Source of the DNA: the human T2T-CHM13v2.0 reference genome, Homo sapiens | Direction: 5' to 3' (one strand) | DNA: 64,000 nucleotides | Assembly (NCBI RefSeq): GCF_009914755.1 | Contig: NC_060936.1 | Shown: positions 12,830-26,399 of the stretch, piece by piece | How positions within the stretch are numbered: position 1 is the stretch's first letter | Layout: each line of letters begins with the position of its first letter | Translations under genes and position numbers: made by a program | Notes under the pieces: model-generated | Databases searched by the model: none | The model's input: only the letters and a program-made list of their open reading frames with translations | What the model was told of the DNA's origin: nothing

Positions 12830-13985
12830 TATGCCATCTTTTCTCTCAAAAATTTTCATTCTTCCTCTGTTTCATATATTAACTAAGAACATCATCATGT
12901 ATTTGGATCCTTATGCAACAAATCTACACTTCACTTCTGACTTATCTTTTTCATCATATAGTCCATCCAAAATAGAATTCTGTCAATTCTAGCTGCTGAA
13001 TGTATATATTTTCCCACCTGCTGTACCCTAATTTCACCATTGCTATTATAGTTCAGAATTTGTTTATCTCTCACTTAGATTGATTCAAGAGACTATCCAT
13101 GTATTAACTTGCCACATGTTCTTGTTGTTATTTTTATTTGTTTATTTGAGACAGAGCCTCACTCTGTGTCCCAGACTGGAGTGCAATGAAAGAATCAAAG
13201 CTCACTGCAACCTTGAACTCCTGGGCTCAAGTGATTCTCCCATCTTAGCCTTCTGAGTACCTAAGACTACAGGCATGCACCGCCATGCCAGACTAATTTT
13301 TTTTTTTAACTTTTTGTAGAGAGAGGGTCTCTATCTGTTGTCCAGGCTGGTCTTGAATTTCTGGCCTCAAGTGATCATCCCACCTGGACCTCCAAAAGTG
13401 CTGGGATTACAGGCATGAGGCACCACACCCAGCTGAACTTGTTACATTTTAATCTTCTCTTTACACGCTAGCCAAAATTATCTTTCATAATGTAAATGTC
13501 AGTATGTCTTTCCCATGCTTAAATTATCATGTTAGTCCTCCGCTTAAAGTTTGAATTTCTTATTTATTTTATTGGATCTTTATAGCAACTGCTTAGCTCT
13601 CTAGCATCATTTCACCACTTCCCATCTTACCTGGTAAGCTCCATTTATCTGAGTACTTGAAATTTTTAGAACACAGTCAGCTTCCTAGTACCAAGACTCC
13701 TACAACATGCTATTCTCATTTTTAAAATGCTCCCACGACACATATTTCTGTTTCAGATTTCAGGTGAGCTTTTGCTCCACTTAGCTCTCACATTTAGTAA
13801 GTTTTATAGGAAATCACACATAGCTTTATGTACTTTTGCTGTCTTCTTTATGTACCTTGGCTGTCTCCTACAATGGTATTTTCATACTCTGTAACCAGTC
13901 TCTGTAAACCTCAATAGACTAAGCATCACAAGAGCAGTACCTAGAATACAGTGGCTGCAAATACCTATGAGTGGGAAGAATTAAC
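12830..13985 (+). mobile_element. L2 LINE fragments, interrupted by the Alu at 13125-13434
   Basis: L2-like phrases (ATCTCTCACTTAGAT; GCCAAAATTATCTTTCATAATGTAAATGTC; AGTACCTAGAATACAG). Confidence 0.55.
13125..13434 (-). mobile_element. Alu (AluJ-like)
   Basis: GAGACAGAGCCTCACTCTG...CCTTGAACTCCTGGGCTCAAG; diverged TSD AACTTGCCACATGTT / AACTTGTTACATTTT. Confidence 0.93.
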
Positions 13986-14170
13986 AACAAACGTATTAAT
14001 TTTTCCATCTCTGCTCAATATTTTTATTTGTTTAAGTAGTTAAAACTCAGCTACATAAAGAATAATTTTCAATATCACTTACCAACCTTTTATAATGAAT
14101 TGAAGAGAAGAGATTTTGTTATTTTTCACTCAATGTCCAACTTCCCTAGATCATAAGCTCACTTGCATAG

Positions 14171-14654
14171 TGTTGCAGACAGAACAAGGGCCTCACAAAG
14201 ATGCCCATGTCCTCATCCCTAGGATCTGTGAATATTTACCTTCCATGGAAAAAGGGACTTTACAGATGTGATTAACTGAGGGGTCTTGAGATGAATGATT
14301 ATCCTGGGTTATCTAGTGGCCCAATGTAATCACCCAGATTCTTATAAGTGGGAGGCAACAAAGTCAAAAAGCAGTTGTAGAACATGTGATGATGAAAGCA
14401 AGAAATTGACATGATGCATGAAACAAACCATGAGCCAAGGAATGCATACTACCTCCAGAAGCTGAAAACAGGCAAGAAAGCAGATTCTCCCTTAAGAACC
14501 TCAGAAGAAGCCATCACTGCCATCTCCTTAATTTTAGTCCTGCGAGACTGATTTCAAACTTGTGAACTCCAGTACTTTATGGAAATAAATGTGTGTCATT
14601 TCAAGCTACTAAATTTGTTGTGGTAATTTCTAGAAGCCATAGAAAACTAATACA
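14171..14654 (+). mobile_element. MaLR solo LTR, MLT1D-like
   Basis: TGTTGCAGACAGAA..CAAAGATGCCCATGTCCTCATCCC..AAAAGGGACTTTACAGATGTGATTAA; ends AGAAAACTAATACA. Confidence 0.88.
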
Positions 14655-14879
14655 CGTACTGGCTGTCAGTTAGTAAGAAATAAATAATATTTATTGTATG
14701 AATAAAGCAAAATCCTAAAGGCATACCTGAAAAACAGAGAAATGGCAAAGTCAGTGTAAAGAGTCCATGGCCACAGATTATTTATCCACTGTTTTGGGAA
14801 TGATGATTAGAAATAATTTTAGGAAAAATTGCAGATGTAAACAGAAGTACCTGATGAGTTGAAAAGTGTAGAATAGAAG

Positions 14880-15048
14880 CTGTGTTTCTCGCAGTTTAGT
14901 ATGGACCAGAAACAGCTGGTGGGCTGAGCCCCACACCCACATTTTGGATGCAGGAGATCTGTGATGGAGCCTAAAAGTGCATTTCCGCCAACTTCCAAAG
15001 GCAGCTACTGCTGTTGATCTGTGCTGATGGTCCACGCATTGAGTCATT
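14880..15048. mobile_element. MER5A-like hAT-Charlie MITE
   Basis: CTGAGCCCCACACCCAC...GGAGCCTAAAAGTGCATTTC..TGGTCCACGCATTGAGT. Confidence 0.6.
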
Positions 15049-15379
15049 TGGATCAATAAATATCTTGTACTTTTGATTATCCTTGTTTTCCTCATCAAAT
15101 AATTTTAATAGCCTGTCTTTTTCATGTTTTCAAACATCTCTTATATGGCTTTTACGTCCTACTCATTTTCCAAGTCTTTCAAAATATTTTCATTTTCGTA
15201 TAAATTAGTTTTATTTCATATTATATGTGAAATTTTTATTGACTTTTTAAATTGAAAAATTATTCAAAATTGCATTACATTTTTAAAAAGATCTGCAAGT
15301 CTTCAGTCTGACTTCATAAGTATAGATGAATGGAGACATTTGGAGGGATGATGGGCAAACTAACTTTAAAATAAAATAA

Positions 15380-15650
15380 TGAGGAATGATAAATGTCAGG
15401 CATAAAAATATATGCTCTATGACTCTATATTACATTTAAAAAGCAGAAACACATAATTTTTTTAAAATAGAAGCTCAGAATAATGGTTTTCTTTGGGGTT
15501 CTGGAAGGGGACAGATACTATATGGCAAGGAGGCCAGTTGTGGGGCTGTCATGTTCTGTCGACTGATTTATTTGCATGTGTATTCAACAAGCTATACACT
15601 TAAGACTTGTGCAGTTATCGGCATGTATTTTATAACTTAATTTTTAAAAA
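15380..15650 (+). mobile_element. Old L1 (L1MC/ME) 3' UTR fragment
   Basis: AAGCTATACACTTAAGACTTGTGCAGTT..ATGTATTTTATAACTT typical of the old L1 3' end. Confidence 0.55.
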
Positions 15651-16762
15651 GACTTTAAAAAGTTTAAAGAACTGTTTCACATGTGTTGGCTGAAGGGTGT
15701 TTTGCTTATGATTGGATCTTTTTGTGTATATTTCCTTGAAACAATTTCTCTATTGGCAAAGTGATTTGAAATAGATACTCTGACAGAACCATATCCTGAG
15801 ATTTTTTTTTTGGAAACAAGTAGTTTTTAAAAAGTGAAAATGTCTATTGCCTTTGGACATGTTCAACAATAAATTTCTGTTGAGTGTTTAACATTTTCAT
15901 ATACATGAATCTTAAAAATCCATCACATATATGTACCTGAGAAGATAATTTATTTGAGCCCCTTTATGTTAAGGAATTAAATAACTCTGTTAATACATGC
16001 AATATAAGACAGAACAGTAAGTAAAAAAAAAATTAAAGTTTCTGTTAATTAAACAATATTTTACCGTTTTATGAATAGAAAAATCATTGTGTTTATATTA
16101 TTTTTTATTTCATTTCTTTGCTTTTCTTGCCTATAATCCATTCCAGAAGCATTGTTTTATAGTTAGCTGAATTATAAAGAGGTGAAGTAATTGGTTATTC
16201 AGTCAGTAATTCTACTGGATTAAAAACAGGACAGGTTGGTAATGATCCAGCCAAAGTGAATAAAAAGAGAACAGGTAAGCACATATGGTACAACATCTGC
16301 TTTCAAACTTAGAAAATATCTTCTCTAATCCCCAAAGCTTTCTTGGCTTTTCTTCTTAATTCTCTTTCTTTGCAGAAAGCACTGTGAAAACACATCCTGA
16401 CTATTTTTTACATTTATTATAATTTTTCCAAATATTAAATCACTACAATTTCCATTTCACAGTTTCTGATCCTATCACAAAAGCTTCTGAATACCGAAGC
16501 AAATAGATTTAGAATAGTTAAACATAATACTGAATCTGAATCTCAAAGAGAATCTTTCTCTTCTTTAAGTGGATTCAGTCTGTTTCATTCTTTATCTTTT
16601 GTGATAGAAAGTATTTTTTATTTTTTGAAAGCCTGTCAACACATTGTAGGAATGTTATGCAAACAAGTGTATTATATATTTACTTGTATTATTCCTCATC
16701 TTCACTGAAGATAGCTGAATGCAGCCAGACGTCATTTTGAACACAGTAGTGCTTTGAAAATA

Positions 16763-17080
16763 CAGTTGTCCCTTGGTCTCTATAGGGGGTTGAGTCTAGG
16801 ACCCTCGTGGATATCAAAATTTATGGAGGCGCAATTCCTTTATATAAAATGGTGTAGTATTTGCAGATAACCTACTCATATTCTCTTTTATGCTTTAAAT
16901 CATCTCTAGATTATTTATAATTATTAACACAATGTAAATGGTATGTAAATAGTTGTTATAGTGTACTGGTTTTTAGAATTTGTATTATTTTTTGTTATCG
17001 TATTGGTATTTTTAATTGTTTTTTTCCAGATATTTTCAACCCATGGTTCATTGAATCCAGGATATAGAACATGTACACTG
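16763..17080 (+). mobile_element. MER2 (TcMar-Tigger) non-autonomous DNA transposon
   Basis: TA|CAGTTGTCCCTTGG...TATATAAAATGGTGTAGTATTTGCA..AAATCATCTCTAGATTA...CTG|TA. Confidence 0.85.
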
Positions 17081-17399
17081 TAATTGTTCCTTTCCTTGCC
17101 ACAGTGATTTTAAATTGCTATGCTCTTAAAAGGCTAAATAAGACAGGTTAGTTCTAAACTGCTTCGTTTGATTCCTGATATTCAAAGTTTCTGATAATTC
17201 AAAAATTCAACCTGATTTATAAAGTCTTTTTTTCTGTTGACTAAATAAATAAAACAGATCCTACTTAGAAGGAATATTTCTGTTGCACAAATATTTACTC
17301 TGTAATTATTTAAAACTTAACTATCAGTAATACTTATTCGTATAGTACACTAGCATCAACAGATGATTTTTTCACAATAATTTCAATACATTTCTGCTT

Positions 17400-17580
17400 A
17401 GTTATTCTACCTCTTATTGAGCACCTACCTTAACGGGAGTTTTCCTTGTCCATTTCATTGATCCTCACAACAATCCTATAAGGCCCCATTCTCACTGCCC
17501 AGACTAGAAACCAAGGCTTAGAGCTAGTAAAATGGTGAGTCTGATGTCACAAAGCTGCCAAAGGTGGAAGCTGGCTCTTC
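17400..17580 (-). mobile_element. MIR SINE
   Basis: TTATTGAGCACCTAC..TCCTCACAACAATCCTATAAGG..AGAAACCAAGGCTTAGAG. Confidence 0.7.
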
Positions 17581-19117
17581 TTTTCTATTTTAGTTTCATC
17601 CCATAACCTATGTACATCACAGCTTATGTTAACATATTTGCTTCATAATATTTATTAATTTTAATGTCTTTTCTCTCATTTGAATTAAATAAGGGCTAAT
17701 ATAAAATTTCTAAATTTTATATGGAGTGAAGCATATTGCATTTATATTTAGAATGAATGTACAAACCATTCCCCCAGCAACAGCACTGGGCAAATATTGC
17801 CTATCAGAAAACTCAGAAAAACGTCATGTATGCCACTTAAGGAATTCTTTCGGGAGATTTAAAATGTTATGGTGGGTTTTCCTTATTTCTAATGATTAAG
17901 ATGTATTTGTAAGATGCACTAATTATTTTCAGTCCTCAGTTTACTATTAGAAAATCATCTCTTTAGTATTCTAAATGCAGATGGTGTTTGGAAAATAGTC
18001 ATTTACAATTTCCTGTCTCTCTAAAACAAAACAGATATGATGTTTTAGTTTGCTTCAGTGCTGTTCTTAAGTGTTTCCATAGTTGTGCCTTCTTGTATAT
18101 TATGGCCTTACACAAGACAGTAAATTTATAAAAATGCATTTCTGATATCTATCTTTATGTTGAATTGACTTTTAAACGTCTGAATAATTTTTTTTCTACT
18201 ATCAGCCATTTCTTGCTGCATAATAGTTTTTATACTATAAAGGTATAACAACCAGCTTCCCTGTACTTGTACTTTCAACTGGTGCATTATGACCATAGGT
18301 TACACTCAACAAATGACCTTAGAATTATTTAATGGTTACTCATGTTATTATTAATAAAAAACATTGTATAATGTCAGCATCTGTTTCAATAGTATCCTTG
18401 GATTATGTAATCTGACCTATTGTCTTTAGACACAGATCCTCACTGAAAGTGTAGGCACCAAGCTTTGGAATAACAGGGAAAGGAAGAGACTATTCAGAGA
18501 GAAATACAATGTAAGAGAATTTGGTATTATAGCACCAGGTGATATAGTGCTATTGTACTGTATTCCATACTCACAAAAAAATCAATGACTCCTCAAGTGC
18601 ATTTATGAAAGAGAAAACAGGATGAAAAAGAGAAAGGAAAGGGATGGAAATAATCAGCTCTATTCTCCTTCTGGCAGGCAGGAGTCCAACTAAGCAGGTT
18701 TCTTAGGGAGAGAGAATATCATTTTCCTCCCTGACCAGGACTAAAACAGCTACATGCTAGAAATCTATGGCTTTCTTAGGAACTGTCACTTTTGTGGAAG
18801 GAAAGATTTAGAGGTCGTATCCAACAGTCAGGAATGCTATATAAGCACCATTTTTATATAGCAGTAGCTCCATAGGATTCCCTTTCTGCATGGCCACAAG
18901 CTTGGCCCATGATTGCTGCACATTTATGGTAAAAATGATTCAGCAGCGTGGAGGGGAGGGGTGGCATCTCTCTTTTCGCCTAAAGTAACTCTTCGTTTTC
19001 TTTAACATTTTTTCTTGATTTACCTTAAAACAAAAAACACCTTCCCCATTGGGAACAGAATTGATAAGTAATCCATATATAATATATCCAATAAATATTT
19101 TTCAACCACAGTGACAG

Positions 19118-19146
19118 ACACACACACACACACACACACACACACA
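19118..19146. repeat. (CA)n microsatellite
   Basis: Directly visible. Confidence 0.95.
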
Positions 19147-22100
19147 TTTTATGCTGATTTCATTTGAGTTAGGAATAAAATCCACTATAGAAAGTTAAAA
19201 TATCTGCCTGTCTAAAGATGTAGTCCAGAAGCTGCATTTTTAATTGGATTCAGAAATTACATTACTTGAGCACACAGTAGGGCCCAACGTACACAAACTA
19301 GTTTATTTCATTTTTTCTAATGATGCTTCTAATGAAAATAATCAATCTAACTATCAAATATGAAGCTATGTCTCTAAATCTCTAAATTTTATAAAAGCTT
19401 ATAATTTGATTTTTACTTGACAATGCATTTTATTAATTATTTAAATATGAATTTATTACTGGCATAAATATACCTGATTGACAATTAAGTATGCCTTTCT
19501 TTGTGCAATAGAGTAATGCATTCCTATCCTATGTTTCAGACACTTAGGATCTTTAAATTTGCAAATAACATTAGTCTACTTCTATTGCTAGATGATGAAG
19601 GTGGGTAGTGATGGGTTAATTATCAGTGTCTAGCTTTAAAGTTCTGATTAGTACAGAAGTTCTTTTCTTTTACTTATCTGTTTATTCACTATTAAGTTTT
19701 AAGCTTGGCATGCTCTAAGATTAGAAGCACTTTTTTTTTCTGCATTGTTGGTAGCTACTCATGAAAGTCCTCAGAACCATTTAATAGGTCGCAAGCTGAT
19801 GTGTATAATTGATAGTGGACAGTAAAGCTTTTTGTATTCAGCCTGAGATTAAGAGGTTTAAGTGTAAGATAGTTTACATTACCACTGATTCCTTATCTTT
19901 ACAATGAAGATCAAAAGTGAAAAAGTATAACTAGAATAGAAAAACAAACCATTTTTTAATCTACGTTAACAATTTATGTTAGTTAATCACTAAATCTCAC
20001 ACTCAGACTGCTAAAACTCTTTTTCTGTCTTGCTTTATTTTCTTCTTTTCCTTCAGGTGCACTCTACTGAATGTACTCAGATAGTTCCTTTCTTCCTGCC
20101 ACTTAGTAGCATCTAACAGAGTTGTCTCAGGACTTGGAGTCTCTTACTATGTAAATATCCTAGCCACTGATCACCCTTTCACTATTTAGATATTTATATG
20201 TAAGGCCTCTTGAGTTCCTATGCATATTACTATTCTTATGGAGGGATGACTGACCTTCTAATTAGTAGGGCTCCTTCCTTATGAATGGCTTTTGCTGCTA
20301 GCAGAGAGAATGACACCCCTAATAAGTCTATTCCAGACACTTAATGCTTCATAATTACACTGTAATTAAAATTGCTTGATCTAAGAAAAAACAATGGATT
20401 TAGTTTAAAACTAATAATAAAAGTGTGAAAACTTTGGTTTCTAAATTTTACAGTCACTTTCTTTTTGTTATAAAATGAAACTTAAAAGAAAAAGCTTTGT
20501 AGAAAGAATGATTTGATAGCACTTTTTTTTCATTTTTTAAGAGCAACCAATTTCATGCATCTTAAAAATATATGCATTTTTTCTGGTATGAAATATAAGA
20601 GAAAAAGTGAAAAAGAAAACTTATGGTAATAATATTTATTGATAAAAGCCATGCTCACCATTTTTTCTAGCATATATATAATTAATATAGGCTAGTAAAT
20701 ATAATAGAAGTTACTTGTTCCAAATTTGTAGCATCATTATACATTAATGTTTCACGTGTTTTTGCAATGTTATCCACTACTGGGAACACAGGCAGTTTAT
20801 CACTCCTTTGTGTTCATATATAATCATGTCTGGATAATAAGTTAAGTTTTTATTTTAAATTTCCTTTCCCTATTTTGATCTGAATAATTATGATGTGAAG
20901 AGAGAAATCTATTTTTAAGAAAACATATCAATATTATGTATTTATTGTTTTTCATTTATTTTCATATGGCCTGGCAAGGGCTTTTCTTAGAACAGAAGAA
21001 GACGGCTAATACCAGCGTGAAAGTACAATGATAGTGTGCCTCGTGAAAATTTTAAAAATTCAATGTAATAGATATACATTTATTATTTTTAATAGAGCTG
21101 TTTTTTTTTTCTATTTCCTTTCTTTCCAATAAATGAAACTTTTACAGTCCATTGGTGGGACAGAGTCGAAACTGGATCTTTGAAGACCTCTATTGTCACC
21201 TCTATCATTATTCCTGCTCCAATGACAATGGAGAGCATACTGTCAAAGTCCTCCAGGTAATACCCTTATTACATGTGTCATTAGAGGATGTTTGCCATAT
21301 CTGCTTTAACACCACAGACATTTTAAGTAGGTTATTCCATCACTTTGCCATTTTGATTATGACAACAAAATGACACCATATTGAAATGGATTTTGGAAAG
21401 AAAGGCTAACTGTCCAAAGAGGTCCATGCTCACTCTAATTAAAATTGGCTTAGGTGGCACAACCTTCATAATTCAGAGTATGACTATGAAGGATATGTAT
21501 GTTGAAAACCTTCTTTGCTCATTAGTGCTATTTCTGTCAGACACCACTACCTGCTCTTTTCTTAATGAATGCTAAGCCATCTCTTTAGACGATTGTGCTG
21601 CTTCTCTGAGCTTAAGGAACTGTCTTATTTCCTCCCAAGTTTGTCAGGAGTAAAATCGGGGAGTCACCTCTTTGACATTTCCCAACCTCTGTACTTATTT
21701 ATCTCTTTGAGACCTTGCGCTCTAGAGATATCACTGTCTTAATTAAGAAGAAGGATGTGACGATGGTAAATTGACTGATTTCATTGATTAAGGACTAGCT
21801 GTACAAGTAACATTGATTTTAACAGTGGGTCTACATAAACGTAATTGTTCGAACATGGGGCTGCATAATTATGGTGATGTACGAGAATAGTTGGTTTGTC
21901 CTTTTCAACCTTCACTAACATTCTTTTGCATGATAATGTACCTTGTGCAATTAGCAGAAATCTTAAATGTTACAAAATGTCTTTTGTGAAGATGTGAAGT
22001 AATAATTATATTCTAATTTAATTCAACAATATCAGTTTTTCTTTTCTTTCTTCTCATTTTTCTTCTTTTTATACACATAAGATCATGTATATGGTAACAT

Positions 22101-23408
22101 GAATACAGAATTTTACCTTCCAGTAACAACAATCAACCCACGCAAATATATAAAACACCTATTATCCTATTATTTATTTCAAAATGAATATACTATATAT
22201 GTTCTGACATTCAGCAACATTTGCTATTAAATATATTTTTAAGTGGAGTTCTCCATAGCAGGGCTTAAATCCAAAGAAAGTGCTTATTATCTTTCTACAT
22301 TTTTATGAAAAAATATGTCAAGGTCACTAGTTTGTAAGAGATAAATTATTATTAAATTATTTACATGAAATCATTATTTAATAGAACAAACATAAATTAG
22401 AATATAAGATGATATAATCATTGTTATTTATGATTACTATATTTAGATAAGAAGACAAAACTAAAGTTCTATAGGATGTTACTGTAGGGGCCTCATCTCA
22501 CAGAAACTAAATTTTCAAATAGATAATGTTAGGTCGTAGGCAGTTAAGTATTTTGATAATGAATGAAAGAAAAAAATTCTAATCTTGTACATAAGTGAAT
22601 TTGAAAAAAAATTAAAGAGAAAGGAGTAAGAAATTTATCTAGACAAAAATTCTTGGTGAGTCCAAATCATTGGATTTTTATCATAAGCCTGCCACTAATT
22701 AGTCTTGTGACCTTTTGTAGCTGTGTATCATACATAATAAAATGTAGCTCAAAAAATAATTCAAGGGCTCATTCATCATACGGGTCTATCTTTTTTATCC
22801 ACTTTTTGGCCAACTGAAAAAGGAATTCTATAAACTACTGTAGAAATACTAAGTCTCCAGGTTGACTGTGACTGCATGTGTGTTTGCTTATTTGTTGATT
22901 GCTTGTTTTTTAAGTATGCAGTGTTTGTAGCTTGAACTAAGATAGAAGGTTAATGACAAAACTGATAGCAGTGCTATTATTCCCATATGCCATTAGCATC
23001 CAAAGCCTCCCTGCATAATCACATGGTCACCTTTATATAAATTGAGCTCCACTACTTTGCATCCCTATATAATGGAGACAATATTTTTGAAATGTCATTC
23101 AATGGGTGTTCCCTTCACAGTAAGACAATTTCTCTTTTTGAATCTAGTCCTTCATTGAAGCTAAACTTAACATTTTCATCTTCCACCTACCACTTCAGAA
23201 AGAAGATATAATCCTGCCCAATTCTACTCAATACCTACGCAAACCTACCCAATAGTTACAGGAAGTAGAACATTTATAACCCAGCGAAATATAGGAAGAA
23301 TAGGGAAAACATAAGTATTTAAATCAAGCAAGCTAACATAAATGTTCTCACTCCCTTCACTGGGCCAGAATTCCTGTATATTGTGGTGTATGTGTGCATC
23401 TATATGTT

Positions 23409-23439
<31 letters not shown>
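23409..23439. repeat. (TG)n microsatellite
   Basis: Directly visible. Confidence 0.95.
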
Positions 23440-23654
23440 ATAATTTGACGGGTGGTGATAAAAGCCAAAAGCAGAGGGTATTTATTGGAAACATCATTTG
23501 AAATGCTGAGGGAAGATTCATATGCAGATGGCCCTATTCTAACTCAGGGTAGCTGCACTTGAGTGAAAAGCGTAGCACAGAATTTTAAAGAGAACAAGCA
23601 CTCTCATGCTTTTTTGGCTCCCATGAGGGTTGGAAAAGAATCCCATGTGATGTA

Positions 23655-24149
23655 TGCAGGAGGACAAGATCTGAACGGCCTTGATCAACTCAGCTTTCTG
23701 TGCCTCCTAATCACAGTTCTCAGAACAATTTTAGAATGTTCCAAGAATGCAATATCTTGAGATAAGGAGGACCTGTCTGGAACAGTCTGGGCTTTGTCTT
23801 CGTTGCTCCCAGAACAGGACGTTCCTGCAACTCTTAAACTCAGAGAGCCAAATTGCATGTGGGGTATAAGACCTAGGATGCAACATCTAGGGGTTCTTCA
23901 GCTGCAGTGCAAAGTCGGACATGTGCAGAGGAGACTCCATTCACCCTGGGCAACTTTCCTGACCTCAGGAAATTTTCTTTCCATATTTTCAAGGGTCAGG
24001 CTTGCCATAGAACTTAGGCTTTTGCCGATTCTTCCTGCCCCTCTGTGAGTAACAAATTCGGTTTGCCTTACTTACTATGTGAGTATTCCTCTGGCTCTGG
24101 CAGCTGGATTATAAATAAAATCTCCCTGCCAGACCTAGGAATCTTTGCA
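23655..24149 (+). mobile_element. ERVL-class solo LTR (MER54/MER73-like), 5-bp TSD ATGTA
   Basis: TG...CA termini, ATGTA at 23650-54 and 24150-54, TATA-like GGGGTATAAGA, AGAATGCAATATCTTGAGATAAGGAGG block. Confidence 0.8.
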
Positions 24150-25339
24150 ATGTATTAGTGTCATAGAGGGAAACAAAAAGTAACTGAGTTGAAAGCTAGC
24201 ATCCTTAACGGGGACCATTGTAGCATGAGTCAAAATGATCCTGCTGAAAAGGCCACATGTGACCATCTCAGTCACAGCCTGGATGAAGAAGGAAGCTGAG
24301 ACTCAGGTCTGAAGATCTTTTTGAAGCCAAAAGGAAGCTACTAAAGCAAGGGAATTCCACTGTATACTGATTCAAGAGAACAAGCTGCACATATATTTTT
24401 AGCTTCACCTCAATGGCCCCACTGATCAGACCAGAGAGACCCTCTGCTACAGAGAAAGCAGAGCTCTAGAGGACAGTTTGGAGACAATAAGGAACTTGAG
24501 ACTCACTTTCCCTTTGCCTTGAGGCCACAGAAAGTCCAAAGCATCTGGACATTTTCTTGGAGGCATTTTCCTAAAAGAGGACTATTGAAACTTTAAGAAA
24601 AATGTGAAATGAGAAGCTAAATTGAAAATACATCTTTGACTCCAACCCCTATCCCAAGTTAACCACAAGTCTAGTGAGATAAAGGATATCATTTATACAA
24701 AATACAGAAGTTATATTTTCTTTATGTGAGCAGAAATATGTTCAATTGTACTCACTAAATATATTTTGTTTTACTACTAGGAATAGCCATTTCTTTGGTC
24801 ATGGCTTTATTTTATAATTATCTTTATTTAATTTCATATCAGTCTAGAGACTTTCCCATTGGACGAAGTGTTGAACAAAGAGGAAGATGCTTACTATGTT
24901 TCAAGTACTGTGCTGAGCATTTGAAACATGTAGTCTCACAGCTGATTTACACACTTACATAGCTTAAGATATACAAATGATTACATATCTTAATCCAGTG
25001 TTAATGATAAGATGCATTCCAAGATTTGTTAAGAATATGGGGATAAAAGCCTACCTGATGTTTGAGTTTTTCATGCATACACACACCTATCCTTTTTCCA
25101 GTAAAAAGACAGTTCAATTATAGGGAGAAACGCACTAAATATATATTTTTTTAAATCCTTTCACATTCTAGAGACATGTAGTCACTTTCACTGAAGCTGG
25201 AGTTAGAGAAGGAGATCATTGCAAAAGTTTGTTCTTGAAATATGAATAGTTTTTCCTTGTCAGGTAGAAGAGGAGCACAGACTAGGGGAGAAGAATAAGA
25301 CCTGAAAATAAAAAGGAGTTTGGAAACCCGGGAATCATG

Positions 25340-25700
25340 TAGAAAATCATTTTGCGCATCAATACAAAATGGCAGTGTTGAGAGATGAAGCTAGTGAGTT
25401 GTCAGAGCCAAATTATGAGTAATTCATGCTTTATTAGAAGGACTTCAGATTTCATCCCAAAGACAGTGGAAAGCCACTGGAGGTTTGAAGCAGGAGTGTG
25501 ACATAATCTAAATTGCATTAAAAAGCTTCTCTGCCATCAACGTAGAGTTTGATTTTGATAGAAGACACTAAGAAACAAATATTCCAGTTCAGAAGCTTCT
25601 GCAAAAATCGCAGGGAGAAATAGTGTCTATGTGAAATAACTCAGTGACAGGTGGAAGAAGAGGTGGATGGAGCTGGAAAGATAAGAGAAATTCTTATCAT
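25340..25700 (-). mobile_element. L2 LINE fragment
   Basis: AAGGACTTCAGATTTCATCC..GGAAAGCCACTGGAGGTTTGAAGCAGGAGTGTGACATAATC. Confidence 0.75.
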
Positions 25701-26006
25701 CAAGTGACAACTCTACTTGCTTTTTCTACCAAACTCTACAGGAATGGGATAAGTAATTACCACATGAACAACTATACAAACAGTTTTGGGGCCCTGATTT
25801 CCCTGATAATCCTTTGATTACTCTTGGGCTCTCCTGAGACTGTATGTCTATGAATTTTTGATAGTCTTGGAAGGCAGTTGAACAATGAATCATAGTCCAC
25901 TGTGTCAAAGAAAATCTCTGATTTCTTCATAAGATCATATATGTGTGATGCCATGGTCAGGAGCATTTCTTGTTTTATTTAATTATTTTTATGGGTGAAA
26001 TAACAG

Positions 26007-26194
26007 AAGTTCAATACATGCTTCATCCCCCTGGAGCAAATATAATATATAAATACTATTTATATATATAATATATAAACATTATATAATATATAAACAT
26101 TATATAATATATAAACACTATGTTTTATATGTATAATATATAAACACTATGTTTATATATTTGCCCCAGGGTGATGAAACATGTATTGAAACTT
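26007..26194. repeat. Inverted repeat (~38-bp arms) enclosing AT-rich tandem repeats
   Basis: AAGTTCAATACATGCTTCATCCCCCTGGAGCAAATATA versus reverse complement of right arm AAGTTTCAATACATGTTTCATCACCCTGGGGCAAATATA. Confidence 0.9.
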
Positions 26195-26399
26195 TATTAT
26201 TTTTATTAATTGTTGTTTTTATAAATCTACATATATACACAGTATGTTATATATGTAGATTTTAAAGTATATTATTAATAATTTTATAGATTATTAGATG
26301 GAAATATTTAGTTGAGTTATTTTTTCATAGTTTAAGTAGAATTATGTGAATATATATCTCCTTTTTGTAATTGATTTTGGACTGTTGTGTTTCATAAAC

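Noticed and set aside
17143-17214. CAGGTT...AACCTG mini inverted termini (possible tiny Tigger MITE)
   Set aside because: The match is too short and the TA target duplication is not clean.
20020-20060. Very strong acceptor (long pyrimidine tract + CAG)
   Set aside because: No convincing paired donor or open frame; common in T-rich DNA.
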